Shown: one piece after another, positions 47,213-56,091 of the stretch | Layout of the letters: the number at the start of each line of letters is the position of its first letter | Position numbering within the stretch: position 1 is the stretch's first letter | NCBI GenBank assembly: GCA_039809385.1 | Contig: JBDHUY010000007.1 | Location: 1 to 64,000 of the forward strand | Source of the DNA: Candidatus Altimarinota bacterium | GTDB taxonomy: Bacteria > Patescibacteriota > Gracilibacteria > JBDHUY01 | Length of the DNA: 64,000 bases | Reading direction: 5' to 3' | The notes under the pieces: model-generated | What the model was told of the DNA's origin: nothing | The model's input: the letters and a program-made list of their open reading frames with translations, nothing else | Databases searched by the model: none | Position numbers and translations under genes: made by a program

Positions 47213-48358
47213 ATGCACATACTTATTACTTGGTTGGTTACCTCTTATGGTGGAGCAGAAAAGTCCATTGAGTACCTGGCAAATCATATCGTGGAGCATG
47301 TTCAAAAAGTGACACTTGTTATATGCGATCTGTCAGAGTTACCCGCTGTCGTAAGTCAGTTAAATCTGGTTCGATCGATAGAAGTCCATTGGACCTATTC
47401 TTTAAACGAATACATGAGTGTATTGCAACAAGTGCTTTATGATAAACAAAAAACATTTATTCAAAGAGTAATCACAAATCATAGAACTTATGCAGTCGAT
47501 ATCCCTATTGCGCATAAAAATAATATTCCAACCATCACTGTTTTTCGCGCTATCCTTTTCAAGGATAAAAAAATCAGAACACTTGTTATTAAGGATGATA
47601 TATTGTGCTTTATAGGTGTAAGACCATCTGATTTTTATTGGGATACCTTGTTGCTCGGTAAGAACTTTTGCGTTGGCGTTAGTGAATGTGTAACAAATTC
47701 ATTACAGCGATACCTTCGAGAAGGGAGAAATAGTATGTCCATTTATCACGGACTTCCTTTGAAGCTATTTTCTGAAAACGACCGACAGTCATATTCTGGA
47801 AAATCAGAGTATTTTAAGGTACTTGTTCTCAGCAGGCTTATTAAATGGAAAAGAGTTGATGTTGCCATAAAAGCCTTAAAAATAGCTGTTCGAGAAATAC
47901 CTAAAGTGCAATTAACTATCATTGGAGATGGTGAAGAAATGAGAACTCTCCTACAACTAGTGGATAAATACTCGTTAAATAAGTATGTTAAATTCTATGG
48001 TTGGCAAAATATAACTTCTCCATGGTTTCTACAGCATGATGTTTACTTTCAAACCTCTCCTATGGAGAGCTTTGGATTTACAGTTGCTGAAGCTGCTGCA
48101 GCACGAACTATCATTCTTGCTCCCAATAGTGGAGCAATGCCGGAATTAATTAAGCATGGAAATACTGGGTATTTGTTCAGATCGAATAATTATAAAGATG
48201 CGGCTGCTCTTTTGGTCAAAATTAGTCAAATGTCGAGTATAAAAAGACAGAAAATTGTGAACCGTAATTACGATTATTTCTTCAAGTACTTCAATGCAGT
48301 ATACGAATCTCGGCAATATTTGAAATTGATGAGAACTCTCCCGAGTGAGTTAAAATAA
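47213..48358 (+). CDS. GT4 (GT-B) glycosyltransferase
   Basis: GGAEK, SRLIKWKRVD, IIGDGEE, ESFGFTVAEA (EX7E), GAMPELI. Confidence 0.9.
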   Translation: MHILITWLVTSYGGAEKSIEYLANHIVEHVQKVTLVICDLSELPAVVSQLNLVRSIEVHWTYSLNEYMSVLQQVLYDKQKTFIQRVITNHRTYAVDIPIAHKNNIPTITVFRAILFKDKKIRTLVIKDDILCFIGVRPSDFYWDTLLLGKNFCVGVSECVTNSLQRYLREGRNSMSIYHGLPLKLFSENDRQSYSGKSEYFKVLVLSRLIKWKRVDVAIKALKIAVREIPKVQLTIIGDGEEMRTLLQLVDKYSLNKYVKFYGWQNITSPWFLQHDVYFQTSPMESFGFTVAEAAAARTIILAPNSGAMPELIKHGNTGYLFRSNNYKDAAALLVKISQMSSIKRQKIVNRNYDYFFKYFNAVYESRQYLKLMRTLPSELK

Positions 48359-48473
48359 GGAGTGTTGTGAACGACCTGGCGTTGGATTTATCGTGATTAA
48401 TCTATCCTCCTTATGTATTTCGGTATATTATACGCTCTGTCAGACTAATACTTTTCCTGCTTTTCTTCTTCCT

Positions 48474-48659
48474 ATGGTCAACATGGACAGCGGGTTGCCG
48501 CCGGTGCGTCGTTTCAAGCCCACGAAAAAAGACCTGGAGCGACTCAAAAAGGGTGGCAAGGAGGCCCAAAAAATTCACAATATGGCTGAAGAACAGCATC
48601 GTAGTCAAGAAATCCCCGAAGCTGAAAAAAACCTTGAAAACGAACTGAAAGAGGTATAA
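48474..48659 (+). CDS. Small charged hypothetical protein
   Basis: 61 aa from ATG 48474; host-like pyrimidine-rich start context. Confidence 0.55.
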   Translation: MVNMDSGLPPVRRFKPTKKDLERLKKGGKEAQKIHNMAEEQHRSQEIPEAEKNLENELKEV

Positions 48660-48695
48660 AAGAGAGGGGATATTTTTTTCTTCTCACTGACTTGT

Positions 48696-49292
48696 ATGCC
48701 GCTTTCAGAAAATCATGAAACTACAGTTCCAACGGTTAATGCTACTAATCGTAGGCTCTTTCCAGTTGTGCCGGCTCTTACCCTTGCGCTTACGTTTTTT
48801 GCTCATGCTACCTTGGCTCATGCTGGTATTATTCAGAACTCACAAGAACCATCCGATCAAAAAGCCCCGCTTGCCGCGGTTGAAAAAAACAAGATATCGG
48901 AGTTTGATGAGTTCTTGCATAAAATCGGTCCTCAAGGCAAGTACCTTGTGTATGTCAAACAACGTGTTGATCGTCTCCAAAAAGCTATGCAGGAAATTCA
49001 AGATACCCTGCAATATTCGGAGACTGAGAGAAAGTTGCGCTTAAATCCCTATGTTCAGGCACTTGAAGAACAGAAAGCGGTTCTGGAATTGTATAAACAA
49101 GCACAGCAATTATTTCAGAACGGTCAAGCAGAGGCTGCCACAAAACGTATACAATCTTTCAATATCGACCAATCAACAAAGGTACCCAAGCCCAAATCGA
49201 TGAGGAGTAGTGATCGTCGAAAGAATATTCCACCGCATGAAGAGTATCGCGGTCCCTTTCGTGCCGTAAATGCCATCAAGAAGTATCCTTGA
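48696..49292 (+). CDS. Secreted helical hypothetical protein
   Basis: RR plus hydrophobic segment plus AHA signal peptide; coiled-coil body. Confidence 0.6.
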   Translation: MPLSENHETTVPTVNATNRRLFPVVPALTLALTFFAHATLAHAGIIQNSQEPSDQKAPLAAVEKNKISEFDEFLHKIGPQGKYLVYVKQRVDRLQKAMQEIQDTLQYSETERKLRLNPYVQALEEQKAVLELYKQAQQLFQNGQAEAATKRIQSFNIDQSTKVPKPKSMRSSDRRKNIPPHEEYRGPFRAVNAIKKYP

Positions 49293-49389
49293 TCTGTTCA
49301 TTGTTGTACCTTTGGAGAAACTCATGACTTTTTTCTGCATATCGGTATAATACGACCGATAGTCTTTACTTTTGTACCATTCTTTCCCT

Positions 49390-51129
49390 ATGCGTGTGCG
49401 ATTTTCCAAATTTTTGGCCCTGTTTCTGGCCTTCTCCCTCTTACTGGCTTCTCTCTCTGTTTCGACGGTGAGGGCCGATTTTCTCGATATCCCGGCCAAT
49501 AGCGATATATATCCTGCCGCAAATTATTACCAGAAAACCGGTATTATCACCGGAAAGCCAGACGGACTTTTTCACCCCGAACTTCCGGTAACCCGGGCCG
49601 AGTTTCTCAAAATTCTGATCGGTAATATCGATGAGGATGAAGACCTTAGTTATATTTCGGTGCTTTTCCCCGATGTCCCCAAGGGATCTTGGTTTGAGCC
49701 TTTTGTCAAAGTTGCGCTCAAAAGAGCTATCCTCAAAAGCAGCACCGAAAATTTCAATCCCCAGGGGCCGATTACCTGGCTCGAAGCGGTCCAATATCTG
49801 TACCGAACCTATTATCGTGTGCCTCTACCCAAAGTAGTCACCTCGGTATTTCAGTACTCCGATTTTAATAAAAATTTGCAGCCATCCGAGCACGCCAAAG
49901 TAGCGCAGGCTCTGGAGGACGGTTTGCTTCTGCCCGTTTCATCCGATCAGCTGGGCCTCTACCGGTCACCCACGCGCGGAGAAACATTGGGATTTCTCTA
50001 TAAAGCTCGCGGGTTGTATCAATACACGCTCAAGGGCGACGTCGGCGAACTGGAACAAGAACTTTTTAACAAAGTCGATCCCAAGCTAAAACAAATCCTC
50101 CTGGACGTCTATGATCTGGTGCATAGCGAATATTTGCGACAAGAGGACATTGATGACGAAGCTCTTATTTATAATGCTATTCGCGGATACGTCGAAGGTC
50201 TCGAGGATCCCTACTCCGGTTTCTATCCGCCTGTGGCGGCCGAAGAGTTGCAGAACCATCTTGACGGTGATGACTTCGAAGGTATTGGTGCCACTATCGA
50301 CACGTATGCCGGTCAAATCCGCGTAATTGCTCCGATCAAAGACTCTCCCGCCGATAAAGCCGGCATGCGCGAGGGGGATGTCATTGTCGCGATCGACGGC
50401 GAGGAAACCCTCTATCTCTCCTTGCAAGAAGTAGTCCATAAGATCCGCGGTCCTAAAGGAACGACGGTCAAGATAACCGTGCAACGTATCGGTACTTCCG
50501 ACCCCATTGAACTTTCGATCGTCCGCGATGTCATTAGCGTGGCACCAGTAGAATTTATGTCTTATCCCGGCAATGTCGCCTATTTCCGGCTGACCCAGTT
50601 CGTCCCCGATCTTCCCGACCAATTTAAAAAAGTCTACGACCAGAATATTCAGACGAAACCTGCGGGACTGGTCTTGGATGTTCGCAATAACCCGGGTGGC
50701 TCGCTAAATGCCGTGGCACAAATGTGTTCCTTTATTGCTCAAAAGGATGATATTCTCTTATCTCTGCGTGATCATGATGAACGTGAAATCGTACAAGTGC
50801 ATGAAGACGGATTTCTAGCCGGTATTCCGCTGGTTGTTTTGGTAAATAAAGGCAGCGCTTCTGCTTCTGAGATCTTGGCCGCTTGTGTTCAGGATAATCA
50901 GCGTGGAACAATCATTGGAGAAAGAACGTATGGCAAAGGAGTAGTACAGCGAGTATACGATCTCGATAATAACTCGATCCTGAAGCTGACGATCAGCGAA
51001 TGGCTTACTCCCAAAGGCAACTCGGTCCATAAAAAAGGAGTTATGCCAGATAAGGAAGTCAAAGCCGACCCCAACGACAGAAATAACGATCTGCCCCTTA
51101 AGGAAGCTCTACGGACGTTGGGGTACTAA
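49390..51129 (+). CDS. S41A C-terminal processing protease (PDZ) with N-terminal SLH domains
   Basis: SLH (GKPDGLFHPELPVTRAE), DPYS, FEGIG PDZ loop, DVRNNPGG, SASASE (Ser), TYGKG (Lys). Confidence 0.92.
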   Translation: MRVRFSKFLALFLAFSLLLASLSVSTVRADFLDIPANSDIYPAANYYQKTGIITGKPDGLFHPELPVTRAEFLKILIGNIDEDEDLSYISVLFPDVPKGSWFEPFVKVALKRAILKSSTENFNPQGPITWLEAVQYLYRTYYRVPLPKVVTSVFQYSDFNKNLQPSEHAKVAQALEDGLLLPVSSDQLGLYRSPTRGETLGFLYKARGLYQYTLKGDVGELEQELFNKVDPKLKQILLDVYDLVHSEYLRQEDIDDEALIYNAIRGYVEGLEDPYSGFYPPVAAEELQNHLDGDDFEGIGATIDTYAGQIRVIAPIKDSPADKAGMREGDVIVAIDGEETLYLSLQEVVHKIRGPKGTTVKITVQRIGTSDPIELSIVRDVISVAPVEFMSYPGNVAYFRLTQFVPDLPDQFKKVYDQNIQTKPAGLVLDVRNNPGGSLNAVAQMCSFIAQKDDILLSLRDHDEREIVQVHEDGFLAGIPLVVLVNKGSASASEILAACVQDNQRGTIIGERTYGKGVVQRVYDLDNNSILKLTISEWLTPKGNSVHKKGVMPDKEVKADPNDRNNDLPLKEALRTLGY

Positions 51130-51189
51130 CGTATATGGAAAAAATTGAATGATTCTTTAGGCTGACCGTATTTGTTAGTACGTTAAACA

Positions 51190-51222
51190 ATAAACCCGTA
51201 TCGAGTTTAGATACGGGTTTAT
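51190..51222. terminator. Bidirectional terminator
   Basis: ataaacccgtatc-gagttta-gatacgggtttat between convergent genes. Confidence 0.75.
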
Positions 51223-51665
51223 TGTTCAGTTTCGTTCCCGAATAATTCTTCCATACGCGCCTGTTTCTTGTTTTCCTTGAAGCGCTCGACAAAGCTGTTA
51301 CCGACCCGTACCGCAAAATCGGGCTCTATCTGGATCAGCTCGCTAAATAACTTCTGATCGATTACCAATAGGTGACAATCGGTTAGAGCTGTAGCGGTGG
51401 CGTTACGCTTTTCGGTATGCAACAGCGCCATCTCTCCGAAAAAATCGTACCGGTCCAGGATCGAAGTCTGAATTCCCTGTTCTTCGTTGATGATTTCTAC
51501 CTGCCCGCTCAGGATGATATACATGGCATCCACCGGATCGTTTTGACGAAAGATCATGGTGTGTGCCGGGACTGCGTTTTCGCGACTTCTGCTTTGTATC
51601 GCATCAAGGGTGGCAGGGGTAAATCCGGCAAATAAGGGAATTTCGGGAAAAGGGATGGCAGTCAT
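51219..51665 (-). CDS. Stand-alone cyclic nucleotide-binding domain protein
   Basis: IFRQND...MYIILSGQV...FFGEMALL...RNATATA phosphate-binding cassette. Confidence 0.88.
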   Translation of the reverse strand: MTAIPFPEIPLFAGFTPATLDAIQSRSRENAVPAHTMIFRQNDPVDAMYIILSGQVEIINEEQGIQTSILDRYDFFGEMALLHTEKRNATATALTDCHLLVIDQKLFSELIQIEPDFAVRVGNSFVERFKENKKQARMEELFGNETEQ

Positions 51666-51831
51666 GGAAAATGGACGAAGAGATGAATACTTGCTTTATT
51701 GTAACAAAATGGCAGGATTTGACAACCATGGGTTTTGACCCCCATTTTCCACATGGGAAAAAAGATTTTGAGACAGCAAAGTATGTCCCTTATACTGCAA
51801 ACAGGCTTTTCCCTCACTCCCATACTTTATT

Positions 51832-53544
51832 ATGCGCAAACATGTTTTTCTGCTCTTGATAGGGATATCATTGCTTCTTCCTTTTCTTTCCGTACAAGCG
51901 GCCGGACCCGAGCGTATCGAAAGCTTTACCAGCGATATAACACTTTCTCCCGATAGCAGCTATGTAGTAGAAGAAACGATCGTGTATAATTTCGGAGTTT
52001 TGAGCCGTCACGGTATGTATCGCGATATTCCGGTGTCGTATCGTCGCCCCGAAGGAAACTTCCGGGTTCGTTTGCAAATTCTTGAGGTAAAAAATAAATT
52101 TGCGACTCCGTACCCCTACGAAACTTCCAGTGAAGGCGATAGTCTCAGGATTAAAATCGGCGATCCCGACACGACCGTTTCGGGAGAGCAAACGTATGTG
52201 ATTCGCTATCGTATCGAACGCGGTATAAACTTCTTTGGGGCAACAGATGAACTCTACTGGAATGTTACCGGAAACAAATGGGATATTCCGATCGAACAAG
52301 CCAAAGCGGTCATTCACATCCCGGATCGCAGTATGACCGCTTCCTTACAGAAAGCCTGTTTTCTTGGTAGGGAAGGCGACAATGACGATAGTTCTTGCTT
52401 ATTTGTTCCCATATCCGCAGGATTTGAAGTGTCTGCCAAGCGGCCACTGGGGGCCGGAGAAGGTTTGACCTTTGTCCTGGGACTTCCCAAGGGATTTCTC
52501 GTGCAACCACCCTGGTATCAGCATCTTTGGTGGACAATTCAGGATAACTGGATCGTTTTTATTCCCGTACTCGTATTTTTGTTTTTATTCTGGCGTTGGC
52601 GGACTACGGGGCGCGATCCCGAAACCCACAAACATATTGCCCCGATGTACGGTCCGCCCGATCAGCTGTCGCCGGCGGAAGTGGGTGTAGTCTACGACGA
52701 GACTGCCGATATGACCGATATCTCGGCGGCGCTGATCCACCTGGCAGTAAGGGGGTATATACGGATCGTGCAGCAGGGAAAAGAGGAAAAAAAATCCGAT
52801 TATCAGTTCATTCGACTCAAGGCGGCTGATCAATCCCTGACATCCTTTGAAAAAAGCCTGTTAGCGGCAATTTTTTCAGGATCGATAAACGATGTAAAGC
52901 TTAGCGAACTGAAGAACAAGTTTTACAAACACTTGGCCGCCCTGAAAAACGATTTGTACGATACACTTACCGGTAACGACTATTTCCCTAAAAATCCCGA
53001 CAAGGTTCGCAGTACGTATATCGTATGGGGCGTGCTCGTACTGATCGCCGCATTCGTGGTTGGCGGTATTGTCGGCGGTTTGGGAATCGCGGCGCTGGCA
53101 GTCACAGGTATTCTTATCTGTATTTTCGCACCGCTTATGCCCCGCAAAACGCGTAAAGGGGCCGAAGCCTTTATCCATATTCTGGGGTTACGGTTATACC
53201 TGAACCGTGCCGAGAAGAAGCAAATCGATTTTTTGAACGCACCCGAAAAAAATCCCGAGCTCTTCGAAAAACTTCTGCCCTATGCCATGGTACTGGGGGT
53301 GGAAACAGCCTGGGCCAATGAATTTAAAGATATTTATACAACTCCGCCGGAATGGTTCTCTACTGGTACCGCAAACAACTTTTCAACCGGGTTTCTGCTA
53401 GGAGCATTACATGATTTTTCCACGGCCAGCAACGCCTCTTTTGTCTCGACGCCTGCGAGTAGTAGTGCTGGCAGCGGTGGCAGCGGTTTTTCGGGCGGAT
53501 TCTCGGGGGGCGGCTTTGGGGGCGGGGGCGGCGGAAGCTGGTAG
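51832..53544 (+). CDS. DUF2207 membrane protein
   Basis: HGMYRDIP, ELYWNVTG, TM helices, FEKLLPYAMVLG, Gly-rich GGGGGGSW terminus. Confidence 0.9.
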   Translation: MRKHVFLLLIGISLLLPFLSVQAAGPERIESFTSDITLSPDSSYVVEETIVYNFGVLSRHGMYRDIPVSYRRPEGNFRVRLQILEVKNKFATPYPYETSSEGDSLRIKIGDPDTTVSGEQTYVIRYRIERGINFFGATDELYWNVTGNKWDIPIEQAKAVIHIPDRSMTASLQKACFLGREGDNDDSSCLFVPISAGFEVSAKRPLGAGEGLTFVLGLPKGFLVQPPWYQHLWWTIQDNWIVFIPVLVFLFLFWRWRTTGRDPETHKHIAPMYGPPDQLSPAEVGVVYDETADMTDISAALIHLAVRGYIRIVQQGKEEKKSDYQFIRLKAADQSLTSFEKSLLAAIFSGSINDVKLSELKNKFYKHLAALKNDLYDTLTGNDYFPKNPDKVRSTYIVWGVLVLIAAFVVGGIVGGLGIAALAVTGILICIFAPLMPRKTRKGAEAFIHILGLRLYLNRAEKKQIDFLNAPEKNPELFEKLLPYAMVLGVETAWANEFKDIYTTPPEWFSTGTANNFSTGFLLGALHDFSTASNASFVSTPASSSAGSGGSGFSGGFSGGGFGGGGGGSW

Positions 53545-53798
53545 GGAAGAAGTTTGGAGATTGGAGAGGGGAGTTGGCAGGGGCAGCCTGACAGCCTGTT
53601 TGCAGTGGGATCGTCTTCCTTCTTCTTGGCGGGGCTGGTTTCTTAAACCGCCATCCCGCCCATAAAGCGAGCCCATTGAGGCTTGTCCGGAACCTCTTCA
53701 TTTACCTGGAACTTTGTGAGCGTTTTTTATGATGCTTCACCAATACCAATTCCATTTCAAACTAACATGTTGTATTTTTCGTGTACTACAATGTTTTT

Positions 53799-53923
53799 GT
53801 CACCCTGGCTGGCTTGTTCTGCCAAGGGCGGTGTTCCAGAATCCGTAATATCACTCAGATTTTCGAAATTCGGCGCAATAAACATGTCCGAACGTTTACC
53901 GATCCCGGGCGAGCCGGGATGAC
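53799..53923. repeat. GTCA-ended REP/RPE-like palindromic element
   Basis: Ends gtcaccctgg ... ccgggatgac; internal hairpin atcccgg-gcgag-ccgggat. Confidence 0.55.
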
Positions 53924-54005
53924 CATTGATGATTGATGTGTGCCTTTGTAGCAGATTGATTTTGAACTGGTACGGTATCCTGTTAACCACATAGGAGGAA
54001 TATAC

Positions 54006-54040
54006 AAAAAAACCGCTGTCCGCAGTGACAACGGTTTTTT
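54006..54040 (-). terminator. Intrinsic terminator
   Basis: aaaaaaccgctgtc-cgcagt-gacaacggtttttt. Confidence 0.75.
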
Positions 54041-54068
54041 CATTATATTCGATAACTCTTTACATGAA

Positions 54069-55538
54069 CTAGGGTTGCCCGAAAAGAATTCGTGCTACCA
54101 ATGTCGCTCCGTGTGCTCGCAAGAGTTTGTCGGCAGGACCAAACTTCCCAGTTGGTTTTCCAGTGCTATCTAGGTACCCGGTGACAAAACCTTTCAGTTG
54201 GGCAAAAGCTACATATTTCTCATACCATTGCCCTTTGATCGTATCCGTAAAATCCATACTGCCTCCGATAATCTTGGATGCCAGAAATTTCTTCAGCAGA
54301 ATCATTTTCAATCCTTCCACACGGATAATCGTTTGATCCGGTTTAAAGGTACCATCGGGATACCCGCTGATGAATCCCAGTCTTTTCGCTTCGGCAATAT
54401 ATCCGGCGGCAAAATGGGTTACCGGTACGTCCGAGAATGGAGGAGTAGCAGGTGTTGATATATCTGTTCCGCCCTCGCAGGCGATCAATATTTTTACTAA
54501 CTGAGCGCGAGTCATCTCCTGGTTCGGACGAAACTCCCTTGTTCCGTTTATGCCCGGAAACCCCTCGATACAACCTTTTTCTGCCAAGTATTTGATATAA
54601 CGTTCAGCCCAATGCCCGGCAATATCGGTAAAGTTGGTACCGCTGTTGCCAGTAGTACTATTTGAATTGCCGTTGACGATACCGTTTGTATTCGTGTTGT
54701 TGCTACTTCCTCCGCCGCTCCCGCTGCCTCCGCCCGAGGATGAACCACCGGAAGATCCGTTCGAGTTAGACCCGTTCAGGTTCGTATTATTGCCGTTCTG
54801 GTTAGCATTCCCATTGTTATTGGTATTCGTGTTCGAATTGGTAACTGGGCTACCGCCACCACCGCCGCCGCCACCACCACCACCGCTGCGGCGTACTGTA
54901 AAGCTGGTTGTGGCATAGGCTATATTTCCGGTAAACGAATCGGTACAGCGTACGATGACCGTATGTACCGCTTCCAATACATTATTCATAACGGCCGTAT
55001 GTGTCGGCGTTCCGTTGCCGTTCATGTTCATATATTGTCCTTTGTCCAGGCTGAACAAACAACTGGCATTGACGTTCGTATTGACGTTCAAGTTTACATT
55101 GACGTTATTCCCGTTAATGGGTGTTCCCGAAACCGGAGCGGTAATTGTAACCGCAAACGGATCAGCGCTACAATTGACCACGACCGTGTGAGCCGCGTTG
55201 ACACTTGCGATCACATAACTTAAGAAAACGTCGGTTCCGTTGGTACTGGCCTGTAGTTGGCTGGTGACATCGGTGCTATTGTCGATAATCGAAGAAACCT
55301 GATTTCCGGGCTTAATGAAGATCTGAATAATCGCGTCGCTGTTTAGGTCAACGTCCTGGCTTGCAGGCGAAACCGTACAGCGATTTGTGTCGCTCGATGA
55401 AGCCGTAATAGTAAAAGACGGCCCTACCGCCAGAGTAGGAGCGGGAATCATGGTGGCAATCAGAGAAAGCGCCATTACCACTAACAGCGTTTTTCCGATT
55501 ATCCCAAGTTTTCCCAGAGATCGCTTGAACGATGTCAT
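54069..55538 (-). CDS. Secreted S-layer-homology protein with Ig-like domains and Gly/Asn/Ser linker
   Basis: Signal peptide, two beta-rich Cys-paired domains, poly-Gly/Asn linker, three SLH repeats (FTDIAGHWAE, GYPDGTFKPD). Confidence 0.88.
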   Translation of the reverse strand: MTSFKRSLGKLGIIGKTLLVVMALSLIATMIPAPTLAVGPSFTITASSSDTNRCTVSPASQDVDLNSDAIIQIFIKPGNQVSSIIDNSTDVTSQLQASTNGTDVFLSYVIASVNAAHTVVVNCSADPFAVTITAPVSGTPINGNNVNVNLNVNTNVNASCLFSLDKGQYMNMNGNGTPTHTAVMNNVLEAVHTVIVRCTDSFTGNIAYATTSFTVRRSGGGGGGGGGGGSPVTNSNTNTNNNGNANQNGNNTNLNGSNSNGSSGGSSSGGGSGSGGGSSNNTNTNGIVNGNSNSTTGNSGTNFTDIAGHWAERYIKYLAEKGCIEGFPGINGTREFRPNQEMTRAQLVKILIACEGGTDISTPATPPFSDVPVTHFAAGYIAEAKRLGFISGYPDGTFKPDQTIIRVEGLKMILLKKFLASKIIGGSMDFTDTIKGQWYEKYVAFAQLKGFVTGYLDSTGKPTGKFGPADKLLRAHGATLVARILFGQP

Positions 55539-56015
55539 AAGGGAGGAAAGATAAAAATGTTAAAGTACTTTTACATTCTAATAATTGAGTCCGCGCAGGT
55601 CAAGGTTAAACGCGGAGAGGTTTTGGATTTTTTTTGACGAATCAAAATATTCGGTTTGCAAGAAGACGGTTTGATTTTGAGAATGTCCTGTCGCCGCAGC
55701 CCCGTTGTCTCTTATTCCTTGAGATTTTTATAGGTATTTACATACAAAGTCTTGTCTTGACTATGTTGTCGTTTTCTTATTGAGACGTCAACTTTACCGG
55801 CGGCTTTCGTATATGATTATCCTTGATTTTTTTCGATATGTTCCTGCATCGATTGGTTTTACGTTTTGTTCTGTACGATCATTCCGTATTTTCATCGTCC
55901 GCAATGTGACGTATGTATGGCAAGTCTTCCTGACCATTATGCTCTAATTTATGAAGAATCCGATTATTAAAACAGTATCTTTTCCAAGTTTCTCCCGTGA
56001 ATTAGAACTTTTGTC

Positions 56016-56044
56016 TTGCCAGCTTTTTTTTTGCTCGGTATAAT
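56016..56044 (+). promoter_or_regulatory. Sigma70 promoter with T9 in the spacer
   Basis: TTGCCA-N17-TATAAT. Confidence 0.6.
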
Positions 56045-56091
56045 GTCAACGTTACTTTACATACTTTATTTATCTAATCTTCAAGCAAAGT

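Noticed and set aside
53360-54043. Short ORFs (113, 89, 84, 79, 77 and 62 aa) and SRP/RNase P/tmRNA candidates
   Set aside because: The ORFs overlap the DUF2207 Gly-rich tail or the palindromic element, and I could not find the hallmark motifs of those RNAs by eye.
54845-54890. (CCR)n tract as a contingency repeat
   Set aside because: It is a mixed-codon poly-Gly linker in frame; length change would not switch expression.
55540-56010. ncRNA or hidden gene in the 550-bp divergent intergenic region
   Set aside because: No ORF of 60 aa or more and no convincing stable structure or repeat; probably promoter DNA.
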